NCBI GenBank assembly: GCA_043825135.1
Contig: JBDRSF010000066.1
Coordinates: 6,355-70,354, forward strand
Reading direction: 5' to 3'
DNA length: 64,000 bases
Source of the DNA: Candidatus Magasanikiibacteriota bacterium
GTDB lineage: Bacteria > Patescibacteriota > Patescibacteriia > Magasanikbacterales > UBA922
Shown here piece after piece: positions 8,501 to 18,565 of this stretch. The translations under genes and the position numbers were made by a program. Position 1 is the first letter of the stretch, and the number at the start of each line of letters is the position of its first letter. The notes under the pieces were generated by a model that searched no databases, had not been told where the DNA came from, and saw only the letters and a program-made list of their open reading frames with translations.

Positions 8501-8905
8501 ATGGTTAAAAATGAAGATCAAAATTTAGTAAAGGCAGTAGGGAGAAGAAAGACCGCCGCTTGCCGAGTCAGGTTGACTTTAGGAAAAGGAGAGATTGTTA
8601 TTAATGGTAAGACACTTGTTGATTACTTTTCAATTCCTCTTTGGAGTGACAAGGTTTTAGCTCCTCTTAAGGCTGTTGGAAAAGAAAAAGATTTTGATGT
8701 GAGTGTTAAAGTAGTTGGTGGAGGTATAAATTCTCAAGCTGACGCTGTTCGTCATGGAATTTCTCGCGCATTAGTCAAATGGAATGAAGAATGGAAACCA
8801 GCTTTGAAAGCTGAAGGATATATGACACGCGATCCAAGAGCAAAAGAAAGAAAGAAACCAGGTTTACACAGAGCTAGAAGAGCGCATCAGTGGAGAAAGA
8901 GATAA
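8501..8905 (+). CDS. rpsI: 30S ribosomal protein S9
   Basis: GRRKTA, GGG..SQA.A.RHGISRAL, TRDPRAKERKKPG. Confidence 0.98.
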   Translation: MVKNEDQNLVKAVGRRKTAACRVRLTLGKGEIVINGKTLVDYFSIPLWSDKVLAPLKAVGKEKDFDVSVKVVGGGINSQADAVRHGISRALVKWNEEWKPALKAEGYMTRDPRAKERKKPGLHRARRAHQWRKR

Positions 8906-8946
8906 CATTCGAATTTCGAATTTGTATGAACTTCCGAATATAAAAG

Positions 8947-8970
8947 AATCCCGTGGAAGCGGGGTTTTTT
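8947..8970 (+). terminator. Intrinsic terminator of the ribosomal operon
   Basis: AATCCCGT-GGAA-GCGGGGTT plus T run. Confidence 0.7.
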
Positions 8971-9061
8971 AGTTGACAAAAGAGGTTGGGTGTGGTTAAA
9001 TATAGTCTCAATGTATCCACTTTTGTGGTAAACTAAGCCAGTGAACAATGAGGAGGGGTCG

Positions 9062-9370
9062 ATGGGGGCGAGTGATTATTTGTGGATTGTCGTAATGGCA
9101 TTCGTAATTGTAGCTGTGATTGCCTTACTGGGCTATTTGGTTCAGAGATACCTGATTCCCAGGTACGAGGAAGGCGTTCAGTTCGTGAGTGTTGGATCCC
9201 GGCAGTGGTTTTGGGTTCAAGATGGTGGTGAACTTCATGGCACCTGGATTTGTTTTAGGGAGGATCTCAAACCAGAAGCTGGTAATGCTGTACGTACCGA
9301 GGATGGAAAATTGCACTACTTCGATTCTTCTGATGTAGTGACAGTTTCGAAGAAGAAAAAAAGGGGCTAG
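9062..9370 (+). CDS. Orphan single-TM protein (GC-richer, SD-led)
   Basis: GAGGAGGGG upstream of ATG 9062; TTGACA at 8973; N-terminal TM helix. Confidence 0.6.
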   Translation: MGASDYLWIVVMAFVIVAVIALLGYLVQRYLIPRYEEGVQFVSVGSRQWFWVQDGGELHGTWICFREDLKPEAGNAVRTEDGKLHYFDSSDVVTVSKKKKRG

Positions 9371-9497
9371 AGGCTAGTCAAGTTAGTCTTTGCTATCTCG
9401 AAATGGTTTTAGTTTTTGTTCTTTTTTCGGAGGGGTCAGGAGGGACCCACAAAGTACATCTCAATAGAGGTGTTTTTTGTTTTTAGAAAAGAAATAA

Positions 9498-9582
9498 GGA
9501 GTGATGCACGACCGCAGGGAGTGCGTCATTCACGTGTAAGTCTTTCTAAGTAAACCACTCCCTATCGGTCGTGGGTCAGTCC
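9498..9582. repeat. REP-like inverted pair (GCACGACCGCAGGGAGTG / CACTCCCTATCGGTCGTG); single half-copy near 28567-28600
   Basis: Imperfect inverted repeats; a related sequence ACACTCTATCGGTCGTGCATCATTCC occurs at 28.57 kb. Confidence 0.6.
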
Positions 9583-9751
9583 TGATGTTTGATTTTTTTA
9601 AGTATTCTATTCTTAATTTATCTAAATTGTTACGTAACATGCTACGTAATAAAAATCCATCCGTTAACTTAAACTATCTTGATTTAAGGGGTTATCAATT
9701 TGATTTTTCCTCCATTTTAGCGTAGAATATAGATAGAATATTCTAATTGAG

Positions 9752-9901
9752 TCCCTCCCCCTATGAGGGGGAGGTTAGGAGGGGGTTAAATCGGAGGTAA
9801 TTACTTTCGTTTACATAAACCAAAGTTAACAGCTTCGAATAACCCTACCCTTACCCTCCCCTTACTTCGACTACGCTCAGCACAGGCGCCGGGGAGGGGA
9901 C
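9752..9901. repeat. Family B REP doublet (CTCCCCCT..AGGGGGAG hairpins)
   Basis: Related copies at 24641-24836, 35812-36021, 43803-43848, 48096-48194 and 52510-52638. Confidence 0.8.
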
Positions 9902-9910
9902 AATTTTACT

Positions 9911-11344
9911 ATGCAAGAAAAATCTATTGCAAAAAATACAGCATTTATGACAATAGCCTCTGTGGGACAGAAGGTGATTTCTTTTGTTTACTTCACTTTA
10001 ATAGCTAGAAATATCGGCGCAGAGGGGACTGGTAAGTATTTTTTTGCATTATCATTTACTACAGTCTTTGTAGTTTTTATAGATATTGGACTTACTCAGG
10101 TTTTAATTCGCGAAGGTGCCAAGAGTAAGGAGAAATTGCAAAAGTATTTTTCATCAGTGATTTTTACAAAAATATTTTTAGGTGTACTCACTTACCTGGC
10201 GGCTTTCGCAGTAATAAATATCATGGGTTATCCAGTTGAGACTAGACATCTGGTCTATCTTTCAGCTGTGACAATGTTGTTTGATTCTATTCATCTAACT
10301 ATTTACGGAGTCTTGCGAGCGATTGGTAATTTAAAATATGAAGCTTTTGCAATTATAGGTAGTCAACTGATGACTCTGATTTTGGGAACTACTTTTTTGT
10401 ATTTAAAAATGCCTTTAATATTTTTAATTCTCGCTTTTACAATTCCAAGCTTTTTTAATGTGGTGTATAGTTCAATAGTTTTATTTAAAAAATATAAAAT
10501 TAAATTTAAACCAAAATTAGATAAGCAGGTTTTGCGTTTTATGGGGGTAATCGCTATTCCTTTTGCTTTGACAGCTATTTTTGGTAGGGTTTATTCTTAT
10601 ATAGATTCAATACTACTTTCCAAATTAGCCGGGGATATCGCAGTCGGTTGGTATAGTATTCCTTACAAAATTACTTATGCGTTTCAATTTATGCCTCTTG
10701 CTCTTGTGGCAGCACTTTACCCCAAGTTTAGTGAATATTTTGTATCAGATAAAAAAAAGTTAGCCTTTGTTTTTGAAAGAGCAATAAAATATTTGATGGT
10801 AATAGTTTTTCCAATTGCAATTGGTGTTGGTGTATTGGCTCGAGATATTATTTTATCACTTTATACTGTAGAATATGTAAATTCAATTTTACCATTACAG
10901 ATTTTACTTGCTGGGTTGGTATTTTCTTATCTCAGTTTTCCAATTGGAGCATTTTTAAATGCTTGTAACAAGCAAGTTACACAGACTGTAATAGTATTTT
11001 TTGTGATGGTGATAAATATTATTCTAAATATTATTTTAATTCCAAAAATTGGTGTAATTGGTGCAGCTATTTCAGCACTAGTGGGTAATATTTGTTTGGC
11101 AGTGTTTGGCTATGTTATAATGTCCAGTATTGCCAAGATTTCGCATTGGTTTTTATTTAAATCTTTGTTTCAAATCATAATTGTTGTCGGAATAATGGGT
11201 ATAGGAGTTTATTTTATAAATCAAATTGCTCACTTTACAATCGCGATTTTGGCTGGTGCTGTTGTTTATTCGGTGATGTTGTTTGTTACACGAGCGATAA
11301 CTGCTGGACAGGTGAGAGAAGCGATGCAATTGGTGAAGAAATAA
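9911..11344 (+). CDS. Polysaccharide flippase (Wzx/MOP family)
   Basis: ~14 TM segments, IDSILLS..AG..AVGWYS motif. Confidence 0.9.
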   Translation: MQEKSIAKNTAFMTIASVGQKVISFVYFTLIARNIGAEGTGKYFFALSFTTVFVVFIDIGLTQVLIREGAKSKEKLQKYFSSVIFTKIFLGVLTYLAAFAVINIMGYPVETRHLVYLSAVTMLFDSIHLTIYGVLRAIGNLKYEAFAIIGSQLMTLILGTTFLYLKMPLIFLILAFTIPSFFNVVYSSIVLFKKYKIKFKPKLDKQVLRFMGVIAIPFALTAIFGRVYSYIDSILLSKLAGDIAVGWYSIPYKITYAFQFMPLALVAALYPKFSEYFVSDKKKLAFVFERAIKYLMVIVFPIAIGVGVLARDIILSLYTVEYVNSILPLQILLAGLVFSYLSFPIGAFLNACNKQVTQTVIVFFVMVINIILNIILIPKIGVIGAAISALVGNICLAVFGYVIMSSIAKISHWFLFKSLFQIIIVVGIMGIGVYFINQIAHFTIAILAGAVVYSVMLFVTRAITAGQVREAMQLVKK

Positions 11345-11431
11345 GTTCGAGTTTTTAAAATTATATAATTAATACTTAAAGGGATCCCTCGACTCCCTGT
11401 GGGTCGCTCGGGATGACAGTGCGCGAAATAT

Positions 11432-12565
11432 ATGAAAAAACTAATAATTACATTGGAATACCCCCCTAAAATCGGTGGGGTGGCGACTTATTCACATCAG
11501 TTTGCCAAAAATTTTAATCCAGAAGAAGTCGTTGTGTTGGCGTCCCACAACAAGGATGCAAAAATTTTTGACGAAAAAGAAAAATTTAAAACAATTAGAA
11601 AAAATATGCTTTGGCCAGTTTTTATTTGGCCTAGATGGTTAAAGTCATTTTTCCAGCTTTTGTCTATTATAAAAAAAGAAAAAATTGAAGTAATTTATTT
11701 ACAACATACTTTGGAATTAGGTGGAGCGGTTTGGCTTTTGAAAAAAATTAAGAAAATTCCTTATTTAATATTTTCTCATGGTACAGATTTGGAGTTAGGT
11801 GCTAGTATGAAGTTAAAGAAAAATTTTTTGACTAAGATTTTAAATGAAAGTGAACTAATCATATTTAACAGCGAGAATTTGAAAAAACGATTATTAAAAG
11901 TTTTATCAGATTATGAAAATAAATCTAGAGTGCTTTACCCTTGTCCAGAAGAAATGTTTTATCAGACAATTAGTGAGGAAGAGGTTAAAAGTTTGAAAGC
12001 TCAATATGCTTTGGAAGGAAAAAAAGTAATGCTAACAGTTGCTGGTTTTGAAGAGGGTAAAGGTTATACTCATTTAATTAGAATGTTACCAAAAATTTTG
12101 GAAAGTGTGCCAAATTTGGTTTGGTTTGTGGTGGGTGATGGCCCAAAGAAAGATTTTTTACTTAGGGAAATTCAAAAAAGATCTTTGCAAAGTGTAGTTC
12201 GTTTTATCGGCGAAGTTCCTCACGAGGAATTAAATAAATTTTATTGTCTGGCAGATTTATTCGTTTTACTTACTCATCCAGACGAAGGTCGGGAAGAAGG
12301 TTTGGGTATGGTATTTTTAGAAGCGGCCGCAACTGGTTTGCCAGTAGTAGCCGGCAAAAGTGGTGGGGTAGAGGAAGCGGTGATACATACACAGACCGGT
12401 ATTATAGTAGACATTTACAAAGGCGATGATAGTGTGATAAAATCTATTGTTGAAATGTTTGAAAATAAAGACTATGCCAAACGCTTGGCTGAAAATTCCA
12501 GATCCAGAGTTCAGGCCGATTTTAAGTGGGAGAGTCAGATTAAGGTGATTGAGAAGTGGATGTAA
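11432..12565 (+). CDS. GT4 family glycosyltransferase
   Basis: YPPKIGG, VGDGP, EGLGMVFLEAAATGLPVV. Confidence 0.92.
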   Translation: MKKLIITLEYPPKIGGVATYSHQFAKNFNPEEVVVLASHNKDAKIFDEKEKFKTIRKNMLWPVFIWPRWLKSFFQLLSIIKKEKIEVIYLQHTLELGGAVWLLKKIKKIPYLIFSHGTDLELGASMKLKKNFLTKILNESELIIFNSENLKKRLLKVLSDYENKSRVLYPCPEEMFYQTISEEEVKSLKAQYALEGKKVMLTVAGFEEGKGYTHLIRMLPKILESVPNLVWFVVGDGPKKDFLLREIQKRSLQSVVRFIGEVPHEELNKFYCLADLFVLLTHPDEGREEGLGMVFLEAAATGLPVVAGKSGGVEEAVIHTQTGIIVDIYKGDDSVIKSIVEMFENKDYAKRLAENSRSRVQADFKWESQIKVIEKWM

Positions 12566-12617
12566 GGCGATCCGAATTATCCGAATCGACATCCGAATAA
12601 CCCGAATTAAATAAGTT

Positions 12618-13382
12618 ATGCAACCATTAATCAGTATTGTTATTCCAGTTTATAATCGGGTACATCTGTTACCTTTGGTTTTGGGTTCTATAAAAAAACA
12701 GACTTATAAAAATATAGAAATTATTATTATTGACGACGGCAGTACTGAAGATATGGAAAATATTATCTCATATTTTAAAAATAGTTTTCCGATTATCTAT
12801 ATTAGACAAGAAAATAGGGGGGCACCGAGTGCAAGGAACAGGGGAATGTTAGAGACTAAGGGAGAGTACGTGATATTTTGGGATGCGGATGTGATTGGAA
12901 AGCCGGAAATGCTTGAAAGGCTTGAAAGGCCTCTGCAAAGTAATTTTAAATTAAGTTTTTCGTATTGTAATTATCATTTATCATCTATCACTTATCCCCA
13001 AAGAGGGATGCCCTGTGGGTATCATCTATTAAAGAAAATGCGAGCTTTTGAATTTAATATTGAGAAGCTTAATCAGAGTAATTATATTCACTCCACTAGT
13101 TTGATAAGAAAAAAGGACGCAATAAAATGGGATGAGAGTTTGAAGAGGTTTCAGGATTGGGATTTGTGGTTGACTATGCTTGAAGAAAAAAAGACTGGAG
13201 TTTGGGTGGACGATTTTTTATTTACAATTTTTGGTGGCGGGACAATGAGCGGTTGGTTGCCAAGGATTGCCTATAAAGTACCAATTAGGTGGTTTCCGTT
13301 TGTTAATAAATCAGTTTTTAAATATGAAGAAGCAAAAAGAGTTATAATAAAAAAACATAACTTATCCACACCAGTTTCTTGA
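12618..13382 (+). CDS. GT2 family glycosyltransferase
   Basis: ISIVIPVYN, IDDGSTE, ARNRG, DAD, QDWDLW. Confidence 0.92.
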   Translation: MQPLISIVIPVYNRVHLLPLVLGSIKKQTYKNIEIIIIDDGSTEDMENIISYFKNSFPIIYIRQENRGAPSARNRGMLETKGEYVIFWDADVIGKPEMLERLERPLQSNFKLSFSYCNYHLSSITYPQRGMPCGYHLLKKMRAFEFNIEKLNQSNYIHSTSLIRKKDAIKWDESLKRFQDWDLWLTMLEEKKTGVWVDDFLFTIFGGGTMSGWLPRIAYKVPIRWFPFVNKSVFKYEEAKRVIIKKHNLSTPVS

Positions 13383-13477
13383 TTTTTTTCTAATTTTAGA
13401 TTAGAATATTGTCTTGTCCTATGTTGGGCAAGACTTTTTTTCTCGCCTATTCGGCGGGTAATGTAAGGAGAGAAGAG

Positions 13478-13705
13478 ATGGGAAACCCAAGTCCGAGAAA
13501 GGAAGCTGAGGTTGTGGCCGAAACCAGGGCGACTGGAACTGGTCACAACTTCTCGACAACTTGCCGTCGTGTTAGCGAGACCGGCAACCTCTGTGAAATC
13601 GTTGCCGTCGACGCGCTCACGGGTGAGGTTCTGAGGGACAAGAAGGGGGAGATCAGGGAGGGGTTCCACGCGATCGTGGGCGAGCCTATGCCTAAGATGG
13701 TCTAG
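13478..13705 (+). CDS. Orphan small protein (GC-richer, SD-led)
   Basis: AAGGAG upstream of ATG 13478; hairpin ATGCCGAGGA..TCCTCGGCAT downstream at 13755-13783. Confidence 0.5.
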   Translation: MGNPSPRKEAEVVAETRATGTGHNFSTTCRRVSETGNLCEIVAVDALTGEVLRDKKGEIREGFHAIVGEPMPKMV

Positions 13706-13799
13706 GTCTAGACCGTCGCGAGAATAGGCTTTAGTGCTACGAGTGGAACGAAAAATGCCGAGGACCTGGAGGATCCTCGGCATTGTCATTTATAAAGTA

Positions 13800-15281
13800 T
13801 TATTTAACCTGATTAAATACCTGATAAAGTAAAGCAGTTGTGCGATCAAAGATATTTGTATACTTCGTTGCAATGGTGAGAGTAAAAATTAAAAATAAAA
13901 TTCCAAAGACGTGAAATAGGGCGCCAATGGTAATATTCATTACTAGTAAAGCTATAATTCCAGCCAGTAGCCCAACATCAAAATCATGCCAGTCTGGTAT
14001 GGTTTTTATTTTTTTTATTAATATATAACCTGTAAAACAATAAATAAAAATCAAAATTAGCGATCCAAATAAACCCATCTCGGTCCACATTTCTAGATAA
14101 CCCCAATCAAAATGAGAGGTAGTAATAGTTTCATAAGTCTGGGTATTAGTAAAAGTAACCACTGCACCCAGACCAACTCCTGAAATTGGATTTTCTTTTA
14201 TAATATCCAAAATTTTTGGCAGAATCATCATGCGGGTATTGGTACTAATTTCTATTTCAGGCTGGACAAAGCTTTTTAGGCGTAGACCGAACATTTCCCA
14301 GCCAAGAGTTTTTCCACCACTCGCAACTAGACTGATACTGGAAAAGACTAAAAAAATCATTAGTAAAACAAACAGTGATTCCTTTAGCCATTTTAACCAG
14401 TTGTGTTTATATTTTAACACCAGTAGACCAACTCCCAGTGCTAGAAAATATCCACGCGATAGATTTAAAACTAATATAATAACTAAACATAACAGAAGAA
14501 AACGCCACATTTTATTATGTTTTTCATTACGCATGAGAAGTGAAGTGATTATTAAAATTAAAGGAGTTATAATTAAATGTGCAGGTTCAACAATACGAAA
14601 AAAATCTTGTCCCATGTTGGTAATTTTACCAACATCAATTAATCTATACCAATAATAAAATGATTCATGAATTTCTGTTAGTCTTAGCGAAAAAATAATA
14701 AAAGTAAAAATAGAGAAAATAGCTGTTCCAATGATAAAGACTAACAATAGACGAACTAAATATTCTTGAATTTTATTATCTTTAAATAGGTGATAAGAAG
14801 GAAAGATAAGGAGTAGAAAACTAAAGGGCATAAAGTCTTGAATAACTCTAGTAACTGAATGTTCATGATAAATACCATTGATGAAACTAAAAAATAAAGT
14901 CAAAAATAAAATTGAAATTATCCAGTTTAAATATTTATGAATTTTGAGACGTCTAATCAATAATTTCTGTCCCAAGTGTTGTGAAATCCACAAAAATAAA
15001 AAGAAAAAGATAAATAAAGTCCTGATGGAAAGTCCAACAAATTCTAAATAATGTCCTGATCCACCTAAAAATATTTCACCCAAGACTAACATCCAAGCCC
15101 AGTCGGGATTTTTGAAATAAAGAATCCCCAAAAACATTAGTAAAATAAAAACTAGAATCCCCTGAATTATTAAATGTTCATATAATAAAAATGAAGTAAT
15201 TCTGATTAAAAAAAATAAAACTAGAAGTAAGATAGTTTGTTTTTGGAAGAAGATTGATTTGGAGGTGAGGAAGCGGTTCAT
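13800..15281 (-). CDS. O-antigen ligase/polymerase-like membrane protein
   Basis: Multi-TM, LNLSRG, NPISGVGLG, H..YLEMWTEMGLFG. Confidence 0.8.
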   Translation of the reverse strand: MNRFLTSKSIFFQKQTILLLVLFFLIRITSFLLYEHLIIQGILVFILLMFLGILYFKNPDWAWMLVLGEIFLGGSGHYLEFVGLSIRTLFIFFFLFLWISQHLGQKLLIRRLKIHKYLNWIISILFLTLFFSFINGIYHEHSVTRVIQDFMPFSFLLLIFPSYHLFKDNKIQEYLVRLLLVFIIGTAIFSIFTFIIFSLRLTEIHESFYYWYRLIDVGKITNMGQDFFRIVEPAHLIITPLILIITSLLMRNEKHNKMWRFLLLCLVIILVLNLSRGYFLALGVGLLVLKYKHNWLKWLKESLFVLLMIFLVFSSISLVASGGKTLGWEMFGLRLKSFVQPEIEISTNTRMMILPKILDIIKENPISGVGLGAVVTFTNTQTYETITTSHFDWGYLEMWTEMGLFGSLILIFIYCFTGYILIKKIKTIPDWHDFDVGLLAGIIALLVMNITIGALFHVFGILFLIFTLTIATKYTNIFDRTTALLYQVFNQVK

Positions 15282-15374
15282 ATAATTGCTTTGAAAGTAT
15301 TAAGTAAGAAAAAGTGGAAGTGTCGATGCAGGAAGTAATTAGTAATTAAGTAATTACTTTAAATTATGAAATAT

Positions 15375-15494
15375 GTGTCATTGCGAGGAGCCCCGATGAA
15401 ATACGGGGTGACGAAGCAATCCCAGTGTATCAGCAACGTTGCTACTAGTCTGGGATTGCTTCGTCCTGATGCGAATCAGGTCTCGCAATGACAC
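15375..15494. repeat. Family A REP doublet (GTCATTGCGAG...GAAGCAATCCC / GGGATTGCTTCG...CTCGCAATGAC)
   Basis: Related copies or half-copies at 11381-11418, 17420-17471, 20894-20959, 27806-27956, 29733-29916, 37333-37408, 47363-47433, 48318-48346 and 63673-63819. Confidence 0.85.
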
Positions 15495-15515
15495 AGTGAA
15501 AAGTAGTTTCGAAAT

Positions 15516-16457
15516 TTAATATAATTTATTATTAATGATATTTTTATATCCATTTACAAATTGTTCAGCTGTCATCTTTTGCTTACCTTCCAGTTGTAAT
15601 TCTAAAATTTCAATAGAATTTTTATGTGTTCCAATATACATATTATCATTTTCTATTTTTACTACACCGGGCTTTATTTTTAAATCTGATTTTTTAATTT
15701 TCAAAAGCTTCAAGCGCTTGTCTTCCCATGTAGTCCATACGCCTGGCCAAGGAGTTAGTCCGCGGTAGAGATTATAAATTTCATCAGCAGTTTTGTTCCA
15801 ATCTATTTTGCCATCTTCACGAGTAAATTCTTTGCAGATGGTAGCTTCGGAATCGTCTTGTGGAATAGGTCGTAGCTCAACCGAGATATAATTTGGTATG
15901 GCCTCTAGAAGGGCTAGAAGGCCAATTTTAGCCAGTCTTTTATCCAAGTCGATATAAGTGTCATCTGGTTCTATTTTGATTGGTTTCTGCAATAAAATAG
16001 GGCCAGTATCTAGACCTTTATCCATTTTCATAATAGTAACCCCAGTTTCAGTTTCACCGTTAATTAAGGCAGATTGAATAGGGGAGGCACCACGGTATTT
16101 CGGGAGTAGAGAGGTGTGGGTGTTTAGGGTGCCGTGCTTGGGTGCGTTTAAGATATTTTCGGGAATTAGGAGGCCGTATTGGGCGCAGATTCCCAAGTCC
16201 ATAAAGTCCTTAAAGTCTGTAAAGTCGAAAGTCTTGAGTGATTTGGGTTGTTCTACTTTGATTCCATGTTTTTCGGCTAAAATTTTTACTGGTGGGGGAG
16301 TTAGTTCTTTTTTTCGGCCGACTGGCTTGTCGGGTTGGGTTATTACTAATTGAATATCAAAAAGTGGACTATCAATTAGTCCTTGTAATATTACTGTGGC
16401 AAAGTTGTGTGTGCCGAAGAAAATTATTTTAATTTTCCTTAAGTTTTGTTGTATCAT
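15516..16457 (-). CDS. fmt: Methionyl-tRNA formyltransferase
   Basis: FFGT, TQPDKPVGR, NTHTSLLPKYRGASPIQ, LDTGPI, LTPWPG. Confidence 0.97.
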   Translation of the reverse strand: MIQQNLRKIKIIFFGTHNFATVILQGLIDSPLFDIQLVITQPDKPVGRKKELTPPPVKILAEKHGIKVEQPKSLKTFDFTDFKDFMDLGICAQYGLLIPENILNAPKHGTLNTHTSLLPKYRGASPIQSALINGETETGVTIMKMDKGLDTGPILLQKPIKIEPDDTYIDLDKRLAKIGLLALLEAIPNYISVELRPIPQDDSEATICKEFTREDGKIDWNKTADEIYNLYRGLTPWPGVWTTWEDKRLKLLKIKKSDLKIKPGVVKIENDNMYIGTHKNSIEILELQLEGKQKMTAEQFVNGYKNIINNKLY

Positions 16458-16490
16458 TGTTATGTGCTATATGCTATGTGATATGTGAGA

Positions 16491-17018
16491 TTACTCAACC
16501 GTATATATATCCTTGGCTTTATCAATAAAAAGCACACCGTCTAAATGATCAATTTCGTGCTGGATCACTCGAGCAAAAAAGTTATTAGCTTCAAAATTAA
16601 TTTCTTGACCATCTTTATTTAGCGCTTTTACAGAAATATTTTTATAGCGTCTTACCTTGCCGTAAGTTTTGGGAACAGATAAGCAACCTTCGTTATCCCA
16701 ATCTTTTTTTATAGTAGTTTTTGTCCAGATTGGATTTACTAAAATTAGGTCGGAATTAGGATCTAGATTGGCTTTTTTGAATCTAGTATTTCCAGAACGG
16801 GTCTTGTAGTCAATCTGTAAGGCACTTTTGCCAATAATGCAGAGCCTAATATTTTTGCCCACCTGCGAAGCTGCAATACCAACTCCGTCACTTTCATACA
16901 TTTTTTCAATTAGTTGTTGTACAAAATGTTGAATAGTGCTAGATAATAAAAAATCTCGATCAATTTTGATAGATCGTTCACGTAAGGATTCAGTTGGTAG
17001 AGTTACCATTTGCAACAT
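16491..17018 (-). CDS. def: Peptide deformylase
   Basis: GVGIAASQVG, EGCLS, QHEIDHLDG. Confidence 0.97.
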   Translation of the reverse strand: MLQMVTLPTESLRERSIKIDRDFLLSSTIQHFVQQLIEKMYESDGVGIAASQVGKNIRLCIIGKSALQIDYKTRSGNTRFKKANLDPNSDLILVNPIWTKTTIKKDWDNEGCLSVPKTYGKVRRYKNISVKALNKDGQEINFEANNFFARVIQHEIDHLDGVLFIDKAKDIYTVE

Positions 17019-17019
17019 A

Positions 17020-17307
17020 TTATTTTTTTTGGTCTTCTTTTTTATTCATTAAGTTTTTTGGGCTACTTTTCCACATAAATAACTTACCAGGATCTTTTAT
17101 ATTAGATTCTTGTATTTCAGCAAAAATTTGTTGGGCTTTGTCAGCTCCAATTCTTTTTATAACTCCTAGATACATACCAAACATGTGTCTTTCACCAAAA
17201 GCAGTAGAAATAATATCAGCCCAGTAGTGAGCTTCTGAGTGGATATTTTTATTTTGTTTTGGTTTTTTATCTGTTTGTTTGTTGATAATTTCTCCAATTC
17301 CATCCAT
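17020..17307 (-). CDS. Hypothetical protein
   Basis: 95-aa ORF from ATG 17307, abutting def. Confidence 0.65.
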   Translation of the reverse strand: MDGIGEIINKQTDKKPKQNKNIHSEAHYWADIISTAFGERHMFGMYLGVIKRIGADKAQQIFAEIQESNIKDPGKLFMWKSSPKNLMNKKEDQKK

Positions 17308-17480
17308 AGATTTTTTCTTTGGGTAATCCCGAAAATACACGAAGTGATTGAGGGATCTTTATTATTTTGGATTTTGTTTAATAAAAAAATATTTAGTTTA
17401 GGAAATTAGATCTAAGAAAGGGATCTCTCGGTTACACCCCGTATTTCATCGGGGTTTCACTCGGGATGACATTGTGCGAG

Positions 17481-18269
17481 TTAGAATACAAAATTTCCCA
17501 CCAAATACCCTACCCCAAAAGGTCCTTCATAGGAATAATTTTTGAAATCATATTTCATATTTTTCAAAATCCCTAGTAGAATCAAGATGGATCGATAACC
17601 ACACTCAGCAGAACTTTCTATGAGCGCTGGATCGAGATTTACAATACCAGTGGTATTCCTAGTTTCCAAAAGTTCAATTAGTTTTTCATCAAATTCCTTA
17701 CCGTTTTTACAAAAACCAGCTGGAGCTTCGGTCGTAAGTCCATGTGATAGGTCGCCAGAAGCTATTACAGCTACCCGTTTATCAGTTTCCATAATTAATT
17801 CTTTGAGTACTTCACCAAACTTTAGGTGTGTTTTGGTGTCTAAAGATGAATAACCGATTGGTAAGATTTTTATATTTGGTAGATGTTGTGTAAGATAAAA
17901 TAATGGGATTGAAGCTCCGTGGTCAAGTTTTTCTTGACTAACTAGTTGGAGCGGTAAATCTTCTTCTTTGACAAAATGTTTGAGTCTAGCAGTCAAATTA
18001 TTTGCTCCATTCCATTCTAATTTGGTATTTAGATCGCCAAATTGTTCAAAATCAGACGCAAAGTGAGTGTGGGCGTTGATGGAAAAAGCATCATCAAACA
18101 AACTACCATGGGGAGAAATAATTATTATAATATCAGGTTTTGATAAATATAAATCTTGCTCTAATTTATCTAGAGCCTCTTTGGTTCGGATTATTTTTTT
18201 TATCTGATCCCGACCAATATTTGGGATTAGCAATGGTGGGTGTGGGGTTATGGTAGAGAAGACTAACAT
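17481..18269 (-). CDS. AmmeMemoRadiSam protein B-like (LigB/MEMO dioxygenase fold)
   Basis: PHPPLLIP, ISPHG, LDHG, ASGDLSH, ECGYRS, YEGPFGVGY. Confidence 0.88.
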   Translation of the reverse strand: MLVFSTITPHPPLLIPNIGRDQIKKIIRTKEALDKLEQDLYLSKPDIIIIISPHGSLFDDAFSINAHTHFASDFEQFGDLNTKLEWNGANNLTARLKHFVKEEDLPLQLVSQEKLDHGASIPLFYLTQHLPNIKILPIGYSSLDTKTHLKFGEVLKELIMETDKRVAVIASGDLSHGLTTEAPAGFCKNGKEFDEKLIELLETRNTTGIVNLDPALIESSAECGYRSILILLGILKNMKYDFKNYSYEGPFGVGYLVGNFVF

Positions 18270-18341
18270 AGAAATTTGATGATTAGTTGATTGGTTTATT
18301 AGTTTATTATATTTGATATACTCATTATTTCAAAAATTTTA

Positions 18342-18565
18342 CAAAAACACTCAGCCTAACGGCTTTAAAACACTCATCCGACTTCGTCGGACTAAAAACA
18401 CAAAAACACTCCTGTTTATCTCGTTTTATTTAAATCTAAAACTTTTACTTTCAAACTCGCTATAATTAATCTAAGATTATAATAAGAATATTTTTTCTTT
18501 AATAAACCATGTTTTTGTGTTTTTTGTGTTTTGAACTCGTAGAGTGGGTGTTTTTGTTTGTTTTT
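18342..18565. repeat. Facing AAAACAC/GTGTTTT arrays around an AT-rich core; second copy at 46295-46575 in opposite orientation
   Basis: Shared CCGACTTCGTCGG micro-palindrome and similar core (AGTTT..AAAGTAAAA..ATTTAAAT). Confidence 0.7.
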
